A stretch of DNA of 64,000 nt, from assembly GCF_006345805.1 (NCBI RefSeq), contig NC_043006.1, forward strand, positions 96,038,001 through 96,102,000, in the 5' to 3' direction. The notes below the pieces were generated by a model, which was not told the origin of the DNA, ran no database searches, and saw nothing but the letters and a program-made list of their open reading frames with translations. Origin of the DNA: Octopus sinensis. Taxonomy: Eukaryota. The translations under genes were made by a program, and so were the position numbers. Positions 14,120 to 27,305 of this stretch are shown here, piece by piece (position 1 is the first letter of the stretch; every line of letters begins with the position of its first letter).

Positions 14120-14382
14120 ATTCTTCCTGAAAATTTTGGTTTCAAATTTACCGGATTAGTCGACGCTTAATTCAAGTAAATAGGGGAGATAACTCATTTG
14201 GAGTATCTCGTTAATCTCTCTCGGTAATGTAGTTATCAAATTGCACTCTGTTGTATGCCTATTTCGTGATTCTATTAACACATATTCGTCAAGAGCTGTG
14301 AATCTGGCGCCCGGAAGCCATTGTCTCATGAGACTGAAACATATACGAAGTTGTCTCCCCTGCATATCGTAAGGATAATTAA

Positions 14383-14600
14383 AATAATCCTTTCTACTAG
14401 AGGCACAAGGCCTGAAATTGGGGTGGGGAGGAGGTCAGTCGATTACATCGACCTCAGTAGGCAACTGGTACTTAATTAACTCCGAAAGGAAGAAAGTCAA
14501 GGCTGACCTCGGTGGAATTTTAACTCAGAACATAGCGAGAGATGAAATACCTATTTCTTTATTACTTACAAGGGGCTAGACATGGAAGGGACAAACAAGC
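14383..14600 (-). mobile_element. SINE family B (second half of dimer)
   Basis: Reverse complement matches 25020-25210. Confidence 0.75.
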
Positions 14601-14690
14601 TTCTTTGATAACGTCCAGGTTTCTGAGCCATATACTAGAATTGACATCTTAGACGTACGCATTTACCGTAGCTTCGTATCGACCTAGAAA
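14597..14690 (-). mobile_element. RTE-type LINE RT fragment
   Basis: Own translation VDTKLR*MRTSKMSILVYGSETWTLSKK; LLYGSETW is an RTE hallmark. Confidence 0.5.
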
Positions 14691-15964
14691 CCTGTAAATG
14701 AATTTAACCTCACTGAAAATAAATAGAAATCTACAGGATTGATTGCACTGGTGATTATCTCAAAGATCCAGCCATATCGCACAAATGGATATGTGGATTT
14801 TACTTGAGGGTTAATTTAAGAGTACTCGCGTCTGAGGAATACCCAGCCATTTGGCAAGATAACTCAATGAGTAGGTTGTTCGGATGACCGAACAATTTTA
14901 TGTTCATAAATCGAAATTGAGAAGGAAGTTCACCATTATTTAGTGAATATAACAACTTCAATTGTTGTTCTTTGCAGGAAGTACGAATGCAACAACATCA
15001 TAAACTAGTTTCTTTCCTGTAATTGAAAGCCCAACTATTATATCTTAGATTATGTATGCTTACAATATTCCAAAGAGACATCCTGTCTGTATTTCTATTT
15101 ATTTTGGCACTAAACCTATTATCATTTCTTTTTGCATGAGTTCGCTGGTTCCATGCTAGCGTCTAGAAGAGCAAGAATTGTAAATGTAACTGGTAATGTT
15201 TTTAATGAGAATCTCAAGATATGCACTGGAAATAATTACAATGCTGAGAAACAGCTGGACTTAATAACTTTAATAACTTCTACAGCTGATAGTGGCCAAA
15301 AGATTTTGGCTGAAAGAAAACTTCATACTCCATTGTTGAATATGCGAAATATGCTTGCCAGGCGAAATACATTAACGGCAACGATCTATTTAATTCCCTT
15401 GTTCCGCACAATATATGCTGTAAATACTGAGATATCGAAGAAAATACATCGCACTTGGGTTATGAACAGAATAATAAATCTGTAATAAGTGCAGATAACC
15501 GGCATTCGCAAGTGAGTATTGATTGGCAACATGTAACATGCTTTCGCTAATCAATTTCGGTCTCAAGAAGAGACCAAATGAAACATTCAGGATGCGATAG
15601 CTACACAGAACAACAAGGCTACACCAACTCTCTTTGACGCAGCCGAATATAGGTCTTCCTATCAGTTGTATTATCATCTAGTGTTACAGCAACTTCTGCC
15701 TCATATATAATCATACATCGTTGGTCAAAAAATCACATAGATTCCTTCCGGCATAAGGACAAAAGCAAATCTACTAAGTTGTCTGGCCACGTGTGGAGTT
15801 TGAAACATCACTTACGATCAAGTGGGAAATAATCGAAACTTCACACTTTATGTTAATGGTTCAAATAAATGTAAGCTATGATTGGCTGAAAGATCTCAGA
15901 TCTTTTTCAGATCTAAGATTCTTAATTCACTATTGAATTCTAGGTCTGAGATTTTCAGCGGTTG

Positions 15965-16380
15965 TAAAGGAGTGGCTGTGTGGTAAGTAGCTGCCTTACC
16001 AACCACATGATTCCGGGTTCAGTCCCACTGCGTCGCAACTTGGGCAAGTGTTTTCTACTATAGCCCCGGGGCGACCAAGCCATTGTGAGTTGATCTGGCA
16101 GAAGGAAACTGAAAGAAGCCCATCGTATATATATATATATATGTGTGTGTGTGTTTGTGTATGTGTGTGTTTCTGTGTCTGTATTTATTCCCTCACAATC
16201 GCTTGACAACCGATGCTAGTGTGTTTACGTCCCCGTAACTTAGCAGTTCGGCAAAAGAGACCGATATAATAAGTGCTAGGCTTCCAAAGAATAAGTCCTG
16301 GAATCGATTTGTTCGACTAAAGGTGGTGCTCCAACATAGCCGCTGTCAAACGACTGAAACAAATAAAAGAATAAAGGAAT
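15965..16380 (+). mobile_element. SINE family A, full length
   Basis: GGAGTGGCTGTGTGGTAAGTAGC..GGTTCAGTCCCACTGCG.. plus (TA)n(TG)n and 3' module. Confidence 0.92.
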
Positions 16381-17314
16381 AATATGCCTAATTTAAGGCC
16401 TAAGGGAGAGAACTCTTTTACCTTGTCATTTATTTCTGATCACATTTTCGTTTTCCGTTTTTTTTTTTAATCTTGCGCGTTTTTATATGCTTCCTTCTCG
16501 AATTTTCGCGTTTATTCTCTTATTTAATTTTTAGTTATGCTATGTGGTTTGTGCTTGATGGATATGCGGACCTGTTACACATGTTATAATTCATAGTTTG
16601 GCATGTTCTCAGCACAGGTAGCTATTAGTAGCACATAAATAACCTATAGTGCGTTTATTAAATAACATATATTTGTATATGTATTACATTTCTAGTAATG
16701 TAAGTGCTACCCTGCATCCTCAGCTACAACAAATGACAATTCAATTTTTCCTTCTTGGTTTAATATTGCATACTGCCACTTTTATTATTTATAATTTTTA
16801 CATTAGCATCTTGCTGAAGCAGCCCTACGTTCATATAGTAAATACATATATACCGACCGTTAGGTTTTAGGCTAGCGACGAAGCAGAAGCTACTAATGAA
16901 TTTGCAATTTTCATACGAAATTATAGCATAGTAATCTGCGGTCCTGGGGCACTGTCTTGAAAAATTTTAGTCGAACGAATTATCCCCAGTACTTTTGTTA
17001 ATCCTGATACTTATTCTATCGGTTTCTTTTGCCGAGCCGCAAAAATTATATTCACTCATCGATTTGCGCAGCTTATGCAATCTTTCCTTTTCCCTCCCAC
17101 TTCCGTATTTTTTCACTCTAGGTATGTCTCTATCTCTAAATATATCCTGGAGGAAATGGCCGACAATCGCACTAAAGTGTTTTTGAGAACATGGCAAACA
17201 TTAGAAGAAGACAATATCATAGCGGCAGCAACAAGGAGTATTCGTTACACAAGGACCACAACTCAGGTAGAATAAAAGAAACGAGAACTCATCCGTTCCT
17301 ATACTCTCATCAGT

Positions 17315-18323
17315 CTTTGGGAGAATAAGGTGGATGAGGAATTTCTTCCCAACCAAGCTCTTCTATGTTCTGTGATGTGATCTTTGCAGTGCGGGGTCGC
17401 GCATTGTCCTGATGAAACATCGCACCTTTTATATTCACTAAAGCGGGTCTTATTTTCTTCGAACCTTTGTTCAAACGCTCTAATTACTGACAGTAGACTT
17501 GAGCATTGATTGCTGCATTAGGTGGTAACAATTCAAAGTTAATTACTCCTTTGCAATTCGACAAGATAGAGAGAACATTTTCCCCCATGTAGATCCCTTC
17601 TCGATTGTAGTTGAGCTTTTTCCCTTTTACCAAGCCACTGCTTACGACGATTAACATTTCGATAGATGATCCATTTTTCGTCCCCAATCACAAGTCTCTC
17701 CAAAAAGGGTGAAATGAGTTCGCGAGAATGGAGAGAAGAGTAGAATGTCAACTTGGGAATTGCAGTTACTTTCGGACAATTCATGAGACACCAATTTTCC
17801 AAGTTTAGGATGCTTTCCAAGTTGTTGAAGATGACGATGAACAGTTGTATGGTTTGAATTAAGCTTTATTGCCAATTCTTCAACTGATAATGCAGGATTT
17901 TCTTCAAGTAATGCCTCAAGTAGCTAATCATCAAACTCAACTGGACGTCCGGTTCGATCTTCATCTTCAAGGCTGAAATCTCCACTTCTGAATTTTGCAA
18001 ACCATCTTCTGCATGTTCTTTCATTCAAGCATTCTTCCCCATAAACTGAGTGTATGTTTCGAGTCCCCTCAGCTGCAGTGTCTCCTTTTTTGTACTCATA
18101 AATCATTATGTGTCTCAAATGCTCTTTGGATACTTCCATGTTAGAAATGGTTCTAATCAAAGAAATGTTAATTCTATTATTCTGTAAAATAATATTTAAT
18201 TAGTTTAAATGTACACAAATACATAAAAATAATTTTTAATTCCATTAGACATTCTAAAATACCATTAAATTTCATTCAATTTTAAAAATGGTAAAATCGG
18301 ACAGAACTTATGGGATGACCTAA
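17315..18323 (-). mobile_element. Mariner transposon, 3'-truncated, frameshifted transposase
   Basis: HLRHIMIYEYKKG..RRWFAKFRSGDFSLED..GRP; IGDEKWIIY; own translation FHQDNARP..HPPYSP; 5' end TA+TTAGGTCATCCCATAAGTTC. Confidence 0.93.
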
Positions 18324-19121
18324 TATATTCATTGAGAGAGAGATAGATATGCGTGTGTATACACAATCACATATATATATATATATATATATGCACACAC
18401 ACACATATATGTATGTATGTATGTATGTATGTGTATCTCGAATCCTATATATTTTATTACTGTGAGACACACAAAGATTCGATTCGATGGAAGAAAGACA
18501 AACAGAGAGACAGCAAAGGAGAAAAGAAGAGACAGTGATAGGCAAGATTAATGGAAAACTCTACATAGAAACATACCCAGATATACACAGCAACGGAGAG
18601 GCTTTTGATTTCAACTCTTATGACTAAACCAAGCAGTCAATCAAAGATATGAACCCTCACCAAACAACAGCGACAAAACATCCATCCATCCAGCATCGCT
18701 TCCTTCCTTTGTGAAGTCTGAAAACATCTAAGATGTTTAGTCATTCGACAAGTATCTGATATTATTTGTAAATTTTAATTGTCCAGCTATAAATGAATTA
18801 TAAACACACAGTCAATTGAATTAGTTTCAATATCCATGATTTGTAATGTTTCGATGTCTCAGGCAGCCAACGTTAATGGAGGAAAATGAAATTAGCGCTG
18901 ACATTACGCCGTTCCACACATGACCAGTGATTTGGAAATTATTTTTCAGAATTCTTCCTTGCATAATCGACGTATGTATACGTATATATTTATGTACATA
19001 TGTGTATGTATATATACATATATATACACATACATACATACACATATACATACACACAAATACATACATATACATACATACATATACATACATGCATATA
19101 CATACATGCATTCATATATAT

Positions 19122-19165
<44 letters not shown>

Positions 19166-19361
19166 ATATGGAGAGAGAGAGAGAGAGAGAGAGAAAGAAA
19201 GAGATTGCTACATAGATATACTTATGTATGTATGAATGTTTGTATTAATATGTCATATATCTTATCTATATACGTACACATATTTGTATAATTATGACTA
19301 AGAATTTATATGCGCTTGTGTGTGCGTGTGTGTGTGTATGTGTGTGTGTGAATATGTGTGT

Positions 19362-19400
<39 letters not shown>

Positions 19401-19862
19401 GTAAGTGTGTATATATATTTGCGCAATTGTGGCTAAGAATTAATGTCTGCTTGTGTCTGTTTGTATGTGTATGTGTATGTGTATGTGTGAGTATGTGTAT
19501 GTGTGAGTATGTGCATGTGTGAGTATGTATGTGTATTTATACATATGTATATATTTATGTTTATATATAGTCATAAGTTTCGAAACAGACTTATATACAT
19601 ACGTGTGTATAGCACATGTGCAAATATATGCGAACATATGTAGGTATATATTTATCAGTAAAAGTGTCTAGATATACGTATAATGTATCTGTGTATGTGC
19701 ATATGTGCGTTTCTTTCAAAATATATTTGCTTATATCCACAGAAGATGCGGACAATCGGTGAAACGCAAGATATCAAACGCGACCCATTAATATCGCAAA
19801 AGGAATACATAGTAGTAGTTGTATACGCAAGCACATCAATATAAACAAGTCAGGTTCATATA

Positions 19863-21126
19863 CGAGGGGCGTTCAATAAGTAATACCCCTGACCCACTTC
19901 CCATAGCAGTAGAGCAACGACACTTGGCACAGTTATTAGTCTTTTTCTACATAGGAAACACCCAGAGTTATGCATTTCTCCCATCGTTTGATACAGCTCT
20001 GGAGACCGTTTTTGTAGAAGACCCCAGCTTGGTCCTCCAACCACGACGTGCCGTCAGAAATCAAGGCTGCATCATCTGGGAAACGCTTTCCTTTCAAAAT
20101 CAACTTCATGGCTGGGAAGAGGTGAAAATCAGAGGGTGCAAGGGGAGGAGTTCATAGCTGCACGCCTGTGCTTCTGATCTGGCGACACGCGAGTTGTGGA
20201 CCGGAGCGTTGTCCTGCAGGAGGAGGATGCCTTTGCTGATCTTGCTCCGCCTCTTGATTTTGATAGCTTCTCTTAATTTCCTCAAAAGTGAAGCATAATA
20301 GGCTCCTGTAATTGTGGTACCCATTGCCAGGAAATCTGTCATCACTACTCCGTCCTGGTCCCAGAAGACTGTGAGCATGACCTTGTCAGTGGAGGGCTGC
20401 ACCCTTGCCTTCTTTGGAGGGGGTGAGTCACGGTGCTTTCACGGCATTGACTGGGCTTTGGTCTATGGATCATAGTGATGGACGCAGGTTTTATCCTGTG
20501 TGATCAGACTTTTGAAAAATGTTGACTCATCTTCTTGGCACATCTCCAAATTCATCCTCGAGCACTCAACGCGTTCTTGCTTCTGGAAAGGTGTGAGCAA
20601 CGTGGAAATCCATCTGGCAGACACCTTTTGCATATGCAAATGGTCATGAATGATAGTTTCCACAGACCCGGTACTAATCTTGACCTTATGGGCTATTTGG
20701 CGAATAGTTATGCGTTGACCTTCCAAAATGGCAGCCTCAACTTGACGGACAGACGTCTCATCAACGGCAGAAGGGGGCGACCAGATCTGGGAGCTGTTTC
20801 CACAGAGTTCCGACTATGTTTGAATTCACAATGCCAGCGTTTTACAAGGTCATATGATGGGGCATCATCACCATAAGTTACTTTCATTTCATCAAAAGTC
20901 TCCCCTGGTGTGCTTCCTTTCAAATACAAAAACCAGATCACTGCTCGACACTCAACAGGCTCCATTTCACACTTGACTCAGTTCAAGTAAATCAGAAACC
21001 ACAATTAATTCAGAGCTGTAATTCGCCACTTAATCTATGGAGGTATAAATACGTGCACATGCAAAATTTCAGCAAGATCAAACGACTGCAAGTGGGTCAA
21101 GGGCATTACTTATTGAACGCCCCTGG
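19863..21126 (-). mobile_element. Near full-length mariner (irritans-like) with both TIRs and TA TSD; inactive
   Basis: About 40-bp TIRs C(G/C)AGGGGCGTTCAATAAGTAAT.CCC.TGACCCACTT, flanked by TA at 19861-62 and 21127-28. Transposase fragments MEPVECRAVI, KVSARWI, TQDKTCVHHYDP, KVMLTVFWD, LLQDNAPVH; PPYSPD deleted. Confidence 0.96.
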
Positions 21127-21192
21127 TACACAATCTCACACACATACACTCATACGCATATATATTTTATAAACACACACATAAGTATGTCA

Positions 21193-21235
<43 letters not shown>

Positions 21236-21244
21236 ATATATATA

Positions 21245-21639
21245 GGCGTTGGCGTGTCTGTGTTATAAGAAGCTTGCTTCCCAACCCCATGGTCCCGGTT
21301 TCAGTCCCACTGCGTGGCATCTTGGGCAACCGTCTTTTACTATAGCCTCGGCTCGACCAAAGCCTTCTGAGTGGAACTGGTAAACGGAAACTGAAAGAAG
21401 CCCATCGTATTCACATATATATATATATATGTATTTGTATGCATATGTTTGTGTTTGTTTCCCCCATCATCGCTTGACAACCGATGTCGGTGTGCTTACG
21501 TCCCCGTACCTTAGTGCTTTGGCAAAAAACCCCGATGGAATAAGAACTAGGCTTACAATGAATAAGTTCTGGTGTCGATTTGTTCGACTAAAGATGTTGC
21601 CCCATCACGGCCGCAATCAAATGACTGAAACCAGTAAAA
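21245..21639 (+). mobile_element. SINE family A, full length
   Basis: Both modules match other family A copies. Confidence 0.9.
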
Positions 21640-21811
21640 TATATATATATAAATATATATATATATACATATATATACATACACATACATACACATACAC
21701 ACATACATACACACGCATATACACATACATATACATACATACACATACATGCATATACATACATACATATACACACATACATACATACACACACATACAT
21801 ACATACATACA

Positions 21812-22514
21812 CTTTCTTGAGAAAATTCTGTAGTTTGTAAGATATTTGTTGTTTATCTCCTTGCATTTCGGCAATTTAAACCAATCAATGACGTGTATTG
21901 AGGTGAAAGCAATTTCTACCGTAGTGTGTCAAGAACATTTTCTAGCGTAGTCATATGAAAATGCCCCTGTTATTTATGACATGTTTCATATCAGTTACGT
22001 TCTTATGAATAAAAGATTATCGTTATTAAACTTTTATTAATAAACACATATTCTAACTTCACAGCATTTGCAGTTTTAATTTTCCTCTCTGTTGCACAGA
22101 TACACACATTACATATTCGGTTAAGAAACAGATTGGGTTTATTTACATTTCTGAAGAAAAAAAGATACCTTTGCCCCACATCTAACCCTAACCTTAACCC
22201 TAACCCTACACTAACCCTAACCGTAAAACAGATTGAAATGCAATAGGTCGATACTAGGGTCATAATTATGGGTGCACACTAAAGAGGGAACGGTTTTGTT
22301 ATCCAGCTCTGTTTACGAGTGACCTCTCATTTTATGGCCACAGGGTATCTTTTTTCTCATAAATAACATGGACATTTTCATAGGACACCGCCAGGAAATG
22401 TTTACGGCAGAAATTGAATTCCCCTCAATAGACATCATTGATTGGTTGAAATTGCCGAAATGCAAGAAATTAAAGAAAAAATACCTTAAAAACTACAGAA
22501 TTTTCTCAAGAAAG
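21812..22514. mobile_element. Fold-back/MITE-like element with long imperfect inverted repeats and internal (CCCTAA)n
   Basis: 21812-21979 is an imperfect reverse complement of 22357-22514; telomere-like CTAACC repeats at 22182-22222. Confidence 0.75.
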
Positions 22515-23089
22515 CCAAGAGAAAAGGATGTTTTATAAACAGATTCTACCAATATACGAAGTTTAAAAGTGTTTAGTTACAAAGACATTTATTTTTAAAT
22601 CTGCCGGTCAAAGCGAAAAGATCCTATCCTTTTCCTCAATTTCTTCTATTAATGTTTTTTGAACAATTTTTTCCACTTCTTCACTCTTCCATATTCGAGC
22701 TTGCCCATACGGGGGCAACATACAAAAAGAAAGTTTTTCAAAAACAGTCCAACAAAGTTTCCACGAATAACCAAATGGTTTCAACAAAAAATTTTAAAAC
22801 AATGAATCGCCCACCTCTTTGTAAACAGCAAAGCAATCCAACAATAATTCAAAACATAACTGGCACGCACTGATTGAGGAGCTACATTCTTCCAGGAACA
22901 TCCGGTCTAACATCCGGTCTAACAATGTCTCTCTCCCTCTCTTATCTTTCATCCTTTCTGGTTTCTTCTCCTCTCTCTCACACTCCTCCTCCTCCCTCTC
23001 GTCGCTGACCAGAGGGCTACTAACTTTCTTTCTGACTACAACCTTCAACAAGTCAACAACGGCTTCTCCTGTCTTCGTAAGCCGTTCTC

Positions 23090-23480
23090 TCAATGCGTTC
23101 AAATGAATTTTTCCGCCGTCTAGACTTAAAGATGCCCTTATCGTTTGTTTCTCCTTGTCCTGCCTTTTACTGTTTTTATCTTTATTTGTATTGCTTCTAC
23201 TCTCCTGTTCTTGTCACTTTTTTACCCCTCCGCAAAAAAATCCCAAAAATTTGTTTGGTTTGGTTTACGGGAAGGACTGTCTCGGCGGGGTCGTGTCCTG
23301 CCCTTACCTTCGAACCACGCAATAAGTCGAAACAGGGGCAGCTGAGGAAGGGGAATCTTCCTTGTGTTGTATGTCTTGTACTCTGTTTCCATGTTTTTGT
23401 TTTTAAGTTTTCGTTTCTCGTTGTGTTCTAGGATTTTTTGGTGTCCTGTACCCATATATGTTTGTATATATACATATAGA
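23090..23480. repeat. Dispersed repeat, second copy at 38170-38580
   Basis: Shared AAAAATCCCAAA..GGGAAGGA.TGT.TC..GAAACAGGG.CA.CTGA.GAAGGGGAAT..GTACCCATATATG. Confidence 0.75.
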
Positions 23481-23789
23481 TGTAGGTATGTATATAGATG
23501 TAGACATGTACATATATGTAGGTATGTACATATATGTATGTATATATGCATATGTTTTATTTATTAAATTGTTTATATATATATATAAATATAATAACAA
23601 TTTGTATGTTTGTATGTATATAAGTATGTGTGTATAATGCAAATTTAATGGGTGTCTGTGTATACGTCTCTCATTATTATATTTACACTCACTTACTCTC
23701 TATAACTGTTTCTTTCACTCCCCGAACCCTATTAACTCTCTGTTTTTGTCTCCTCTCTCTCTCTCTCTGTTTCTCTCTGTCTCTCCCCA

Positions 23790-23837
<48 letters not shown>

Positions 23838-24344
23838 CTCTCTCTCTGCCTGTCATTCTCCTTTCGTCTTACACTATCCTACTTATTTTATCTTTCTCTG
23901 TCGATTCATCTTACACCCTAACGTGTTGCCTTTCCATAAGACTCTTTCTTCCACATAAATTTCCTCTCTCTGTATCGTTCACTTTCTTATCCAACATTCC
24001 CGAGCCACTCGTTTCGTTTCAGTTAATTTATTTTCGCATGAAGAATTCACTTTACATCATCCTTCCATAATACTACTTCTCACTCACTCTACGCACGCGC
24101 AAACCCAAGCACAGACAATCACACTCAATAACGAACCTCGTATACTGCTTACACTCAAGAGATATCCCTCTAATTCACTGATTTACCGTCCTTTCATTAT
24201 CTTACTGCAATATAATGATTATTAGGTGTCAACAGATGATTACGAATGCAGTTACAGCAATTATTGCTGTTGGATTGTACTGTGATGAGGCCAGTTTCAG
24301 ACGTTCTGGATTTCTTTCTGTGGAACCTTTCAGAATTGTTGTAC

Positions 24345-24702
24345 ACTTTCTCTTTTGCTAAACCGTGGACTAATAGGGACATAAACAAACCAACACCGGT
24401 TGTCAAGCGATAGTGGAACAAACACTTCACAAAGACAAACACATAGACACAGTTTGTTGAAGGTAAAGAATATTCTTTACCTCCACCCACAGTTTTTGTC
24501 TATTTCTCTCGGAAGCCATTAGTCGATCCGACGCTGCTATAGAAGATATTTACCCAAGGTGCTACACAGTGGTGCTACACTGTGGTGCTAAACAGTGGTG
24601 CTACACTGTGGTGCTACACAGTGGTGCTACCCAAGGTGCTACACTGAACCTGACACTTGGTTTATAAAGCGAGCTTTTTTACCATACAACCATGCCTGCG
24701 CT
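24345..24702 (-). mobile_element. SINE family A, degenerate, with internal 13-bp tandem expansion
   Basis: GGTTGTCAAGCGA..; CCCAAGGTGCTACAC expanded into about seven GGTGCTACAC(A/T)GT units at 24558-24647. Confidence 0.65.
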
Positions 24703-24822
24703 TACAGGGTATTTCTATTTCTATTGCAGTCTTAAATAGTTAGATCCGTCTCACCAGCTGAGTTATAAAGCTCTCAATATGGTGCAAATTTGAAAGGCAG
24801 CAATAAAAAAATAAGAACTTTT

Positions 24823-25210
24823 AAGGCGGCGAGCTGGCAGAAACGTTAGCACGCCGGGCGAAATGCGTAGCCGTATTTCGTCCGCCGATACGATCTGAGT
24901 TCAAATTCCGCCGAGGTCGATTTTGCGTTTCATCCTTTCGGGGTCGATTAAATAAGTACCAGTTACGCACTGGGGTCGATATGATCGACTTAATCTGTTT
25001 GTTTGTCCTCTCTGTGTTTAGCCCCTTGTGGGTAGTAAAGAAATAGGTATTTCGTCTGTCTTTACGTTCCGAGCTCAAATTCCGCAGAGGTCGACTTCGC
25101 TTTTCATCCTTTCGGGGTCGATCAATTAAGTACCAGTTGCCTACTGGGGTTGATCTAATCGACTGGCCCCTCCCCCAAAATTTAGGGCCTTGTGCCTAGA
25201 GTAGAAAAGA
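24823..25210 (+). mobile_element. SINE family B, dimeric core
   Basis: AAGGCGGCGAGCTGGCAGAAACGTTAGC..GAGTTCAAATTCCG (B-box-like); core TTTCATCCTTTCGGGGTCGAT..AAGTACCAGTT occurs twice. Confidence 0.92.
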
Positions 25211-26065
25211 ATGTGGTGCAAATTTGATCTCGATTCGTATAATTTTTCATTATTGTCAACCACGAAAATCTGCGATCGGGGCTCCATTGTCTGTAGACTG
25301 AAAGTGCATTAAAAATTTCAATCCGTCGTACGTTTTTCAGGTAAGATTGGGAATGGTGTTTCGCCGTACAGATTACCTGCAGTTAGATTGGAAAATTCGA
25401 AAATGCTTTCACAAATGCTATGCAACACATAGGGTCCGGGACCCATGCTATGGCTTGTGCCGATGATGTCATTGGACGTGGCAGTGGGAGGATTTTGTTG
25501 TATAGACTTCGACTTGTACCGCGAAGCAGTGAAGGAAATTATATGTCAACGAGATTGTACAACAAATTGCAAGACAATATATCCCGATGTTATATTTTAC
25601 GAGATGTAGAAACTTTTCGCCAACGCTAAAAATTACAAAGCCACAAAGAGCTTGTCTTTATATGTATACAATGTCTTCGTGGGGAGATATAGCGCTGTAG
25701 ACAAGACTAGTCTCGAACCTACGTTGGTATTTCATTAATGAATGAATATTTTCTTCATGTATGCATAGAGACACCGCCTGTAAACCTACCATAGTTGATA
25801 GCTTTGTGAATTAGAAAGGTTAATTTGCATATATGGCGTTTTGTCTAGTAGTAAGTTTGGTTAATATATTTCTAGCACACGGAGGTTTATTTTTTTCAAG
25901 GACTGTTCGACAGATTCGACGATCGATTTTAGACAGCACTCTATCTACAGACAACATACGTCTGTCTAAAAAAATAGTGTTAGATAAACAGCTATACATA
26001 TATATTGCAGTAAAGTACATTAAAATAAAATATTATCAATGAAACACATTATAATTGCTGTTGTG

Positions 26066-26106
<41 letters not shown>

Positions 26107-27216
26107 CATCATCATCATCATCATCATCATCTCACCATCATCATGATTATCATTATTAAATAAATCTAATGTCATTCGTGTGAAAAAAAAAATAATGCTA
26201 ATATATTTAATGCAGGAAGCATCAAAAAGCAAAATAGGAGTAATTAAAACGATTGGCCATTAAGTAAAATTGTTTTTCGTCGATTCATAATCATTTCTAC
26301 TTAGCTTTCTAAATTATCGTTGCATTTTATGTGTTAACATCAATTTAAATGTTATTTTTCGTGCAGATGACATTTTAGTTATATCCGTTCTATAAATAAA
26401 TTTATTTTTCTACGTAAGCCATTGTGTAATTTCTCGCATTAAAATGTCCTTCCCACGTCATAAGCTTTGGCAAGTTCAGTGATATCTTTTTCCGCTGAAA
26501 AGAACAGAATTAGACAGAAACATACTTAAAACTTGCCGAAATAATTAAATCGATAATTTAATTGTTTAATCTTAATATTTCTTCACCGAAGACTTAAGTC
26601 TAACTGGTTCGTATTACAATAGGATCAACTGTTTCAAATCTGTGCTTGGTAATTCGTATTTCACTCTATGTCCGATAATTATTTCATGAAGATAATATCT
26701 CTTTGGCCGATCAAAACTCTAAATCAACACCAAACTCCACCCGTGACCACATCTTTGACAGTTTTACTACCTCTGTTGCAACTTTCACGCCTCAGTGTAC
26801 AGCATGCGCAAAACGGGTGATTTGTTTGTAAGCTTCTTTCGTTGCGCGGACGCCACTTTAAATTTTCTAGTTAAAGAAGGAACCACATCAAACCGCTTTC
26901 GTCCATACGACTGTACACAAGAAGAAGAAACTCCCAAACAAATTTCCTCAAATTCCACCAGGAAGTGGGTCACTGATAAACGAGCTACAAGGTTTTCAGG
27001 GATGTGGAAACACATTTAAGCCACTATTGTTCCCAGATCAATTCTGACCCAGAGTAGTACCACCCGTTAGTGCCCCGGTATGGTTTAACTAACATATGAA
27101 CCACTTGGGGTAGGGGATCTCTAGTTCTCGGTAAGACGTTTCACTAGCAAAAGGTAATCTCACATTAAAAACCTGGAGTGCAATTACTGTTATGTATGTA
27201 TATATATACACATATG

Positions 27217-27305
<89 letters not shown>

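Noticed and set aside
14150-14380. Possible PLE thumb fragment
   Set aside because: Needs several frameshifts to align; not distinguishable from chance without an HMM search
24558-24647. CRISPR-like repeat
   Set aside because: Contiguous tandem units with no spacers, no cas genes, eukaryotic context
26795-27019. 74-aa ORF with a possible acceptor
   Set aside because: No homology recognised and length within chance expectation
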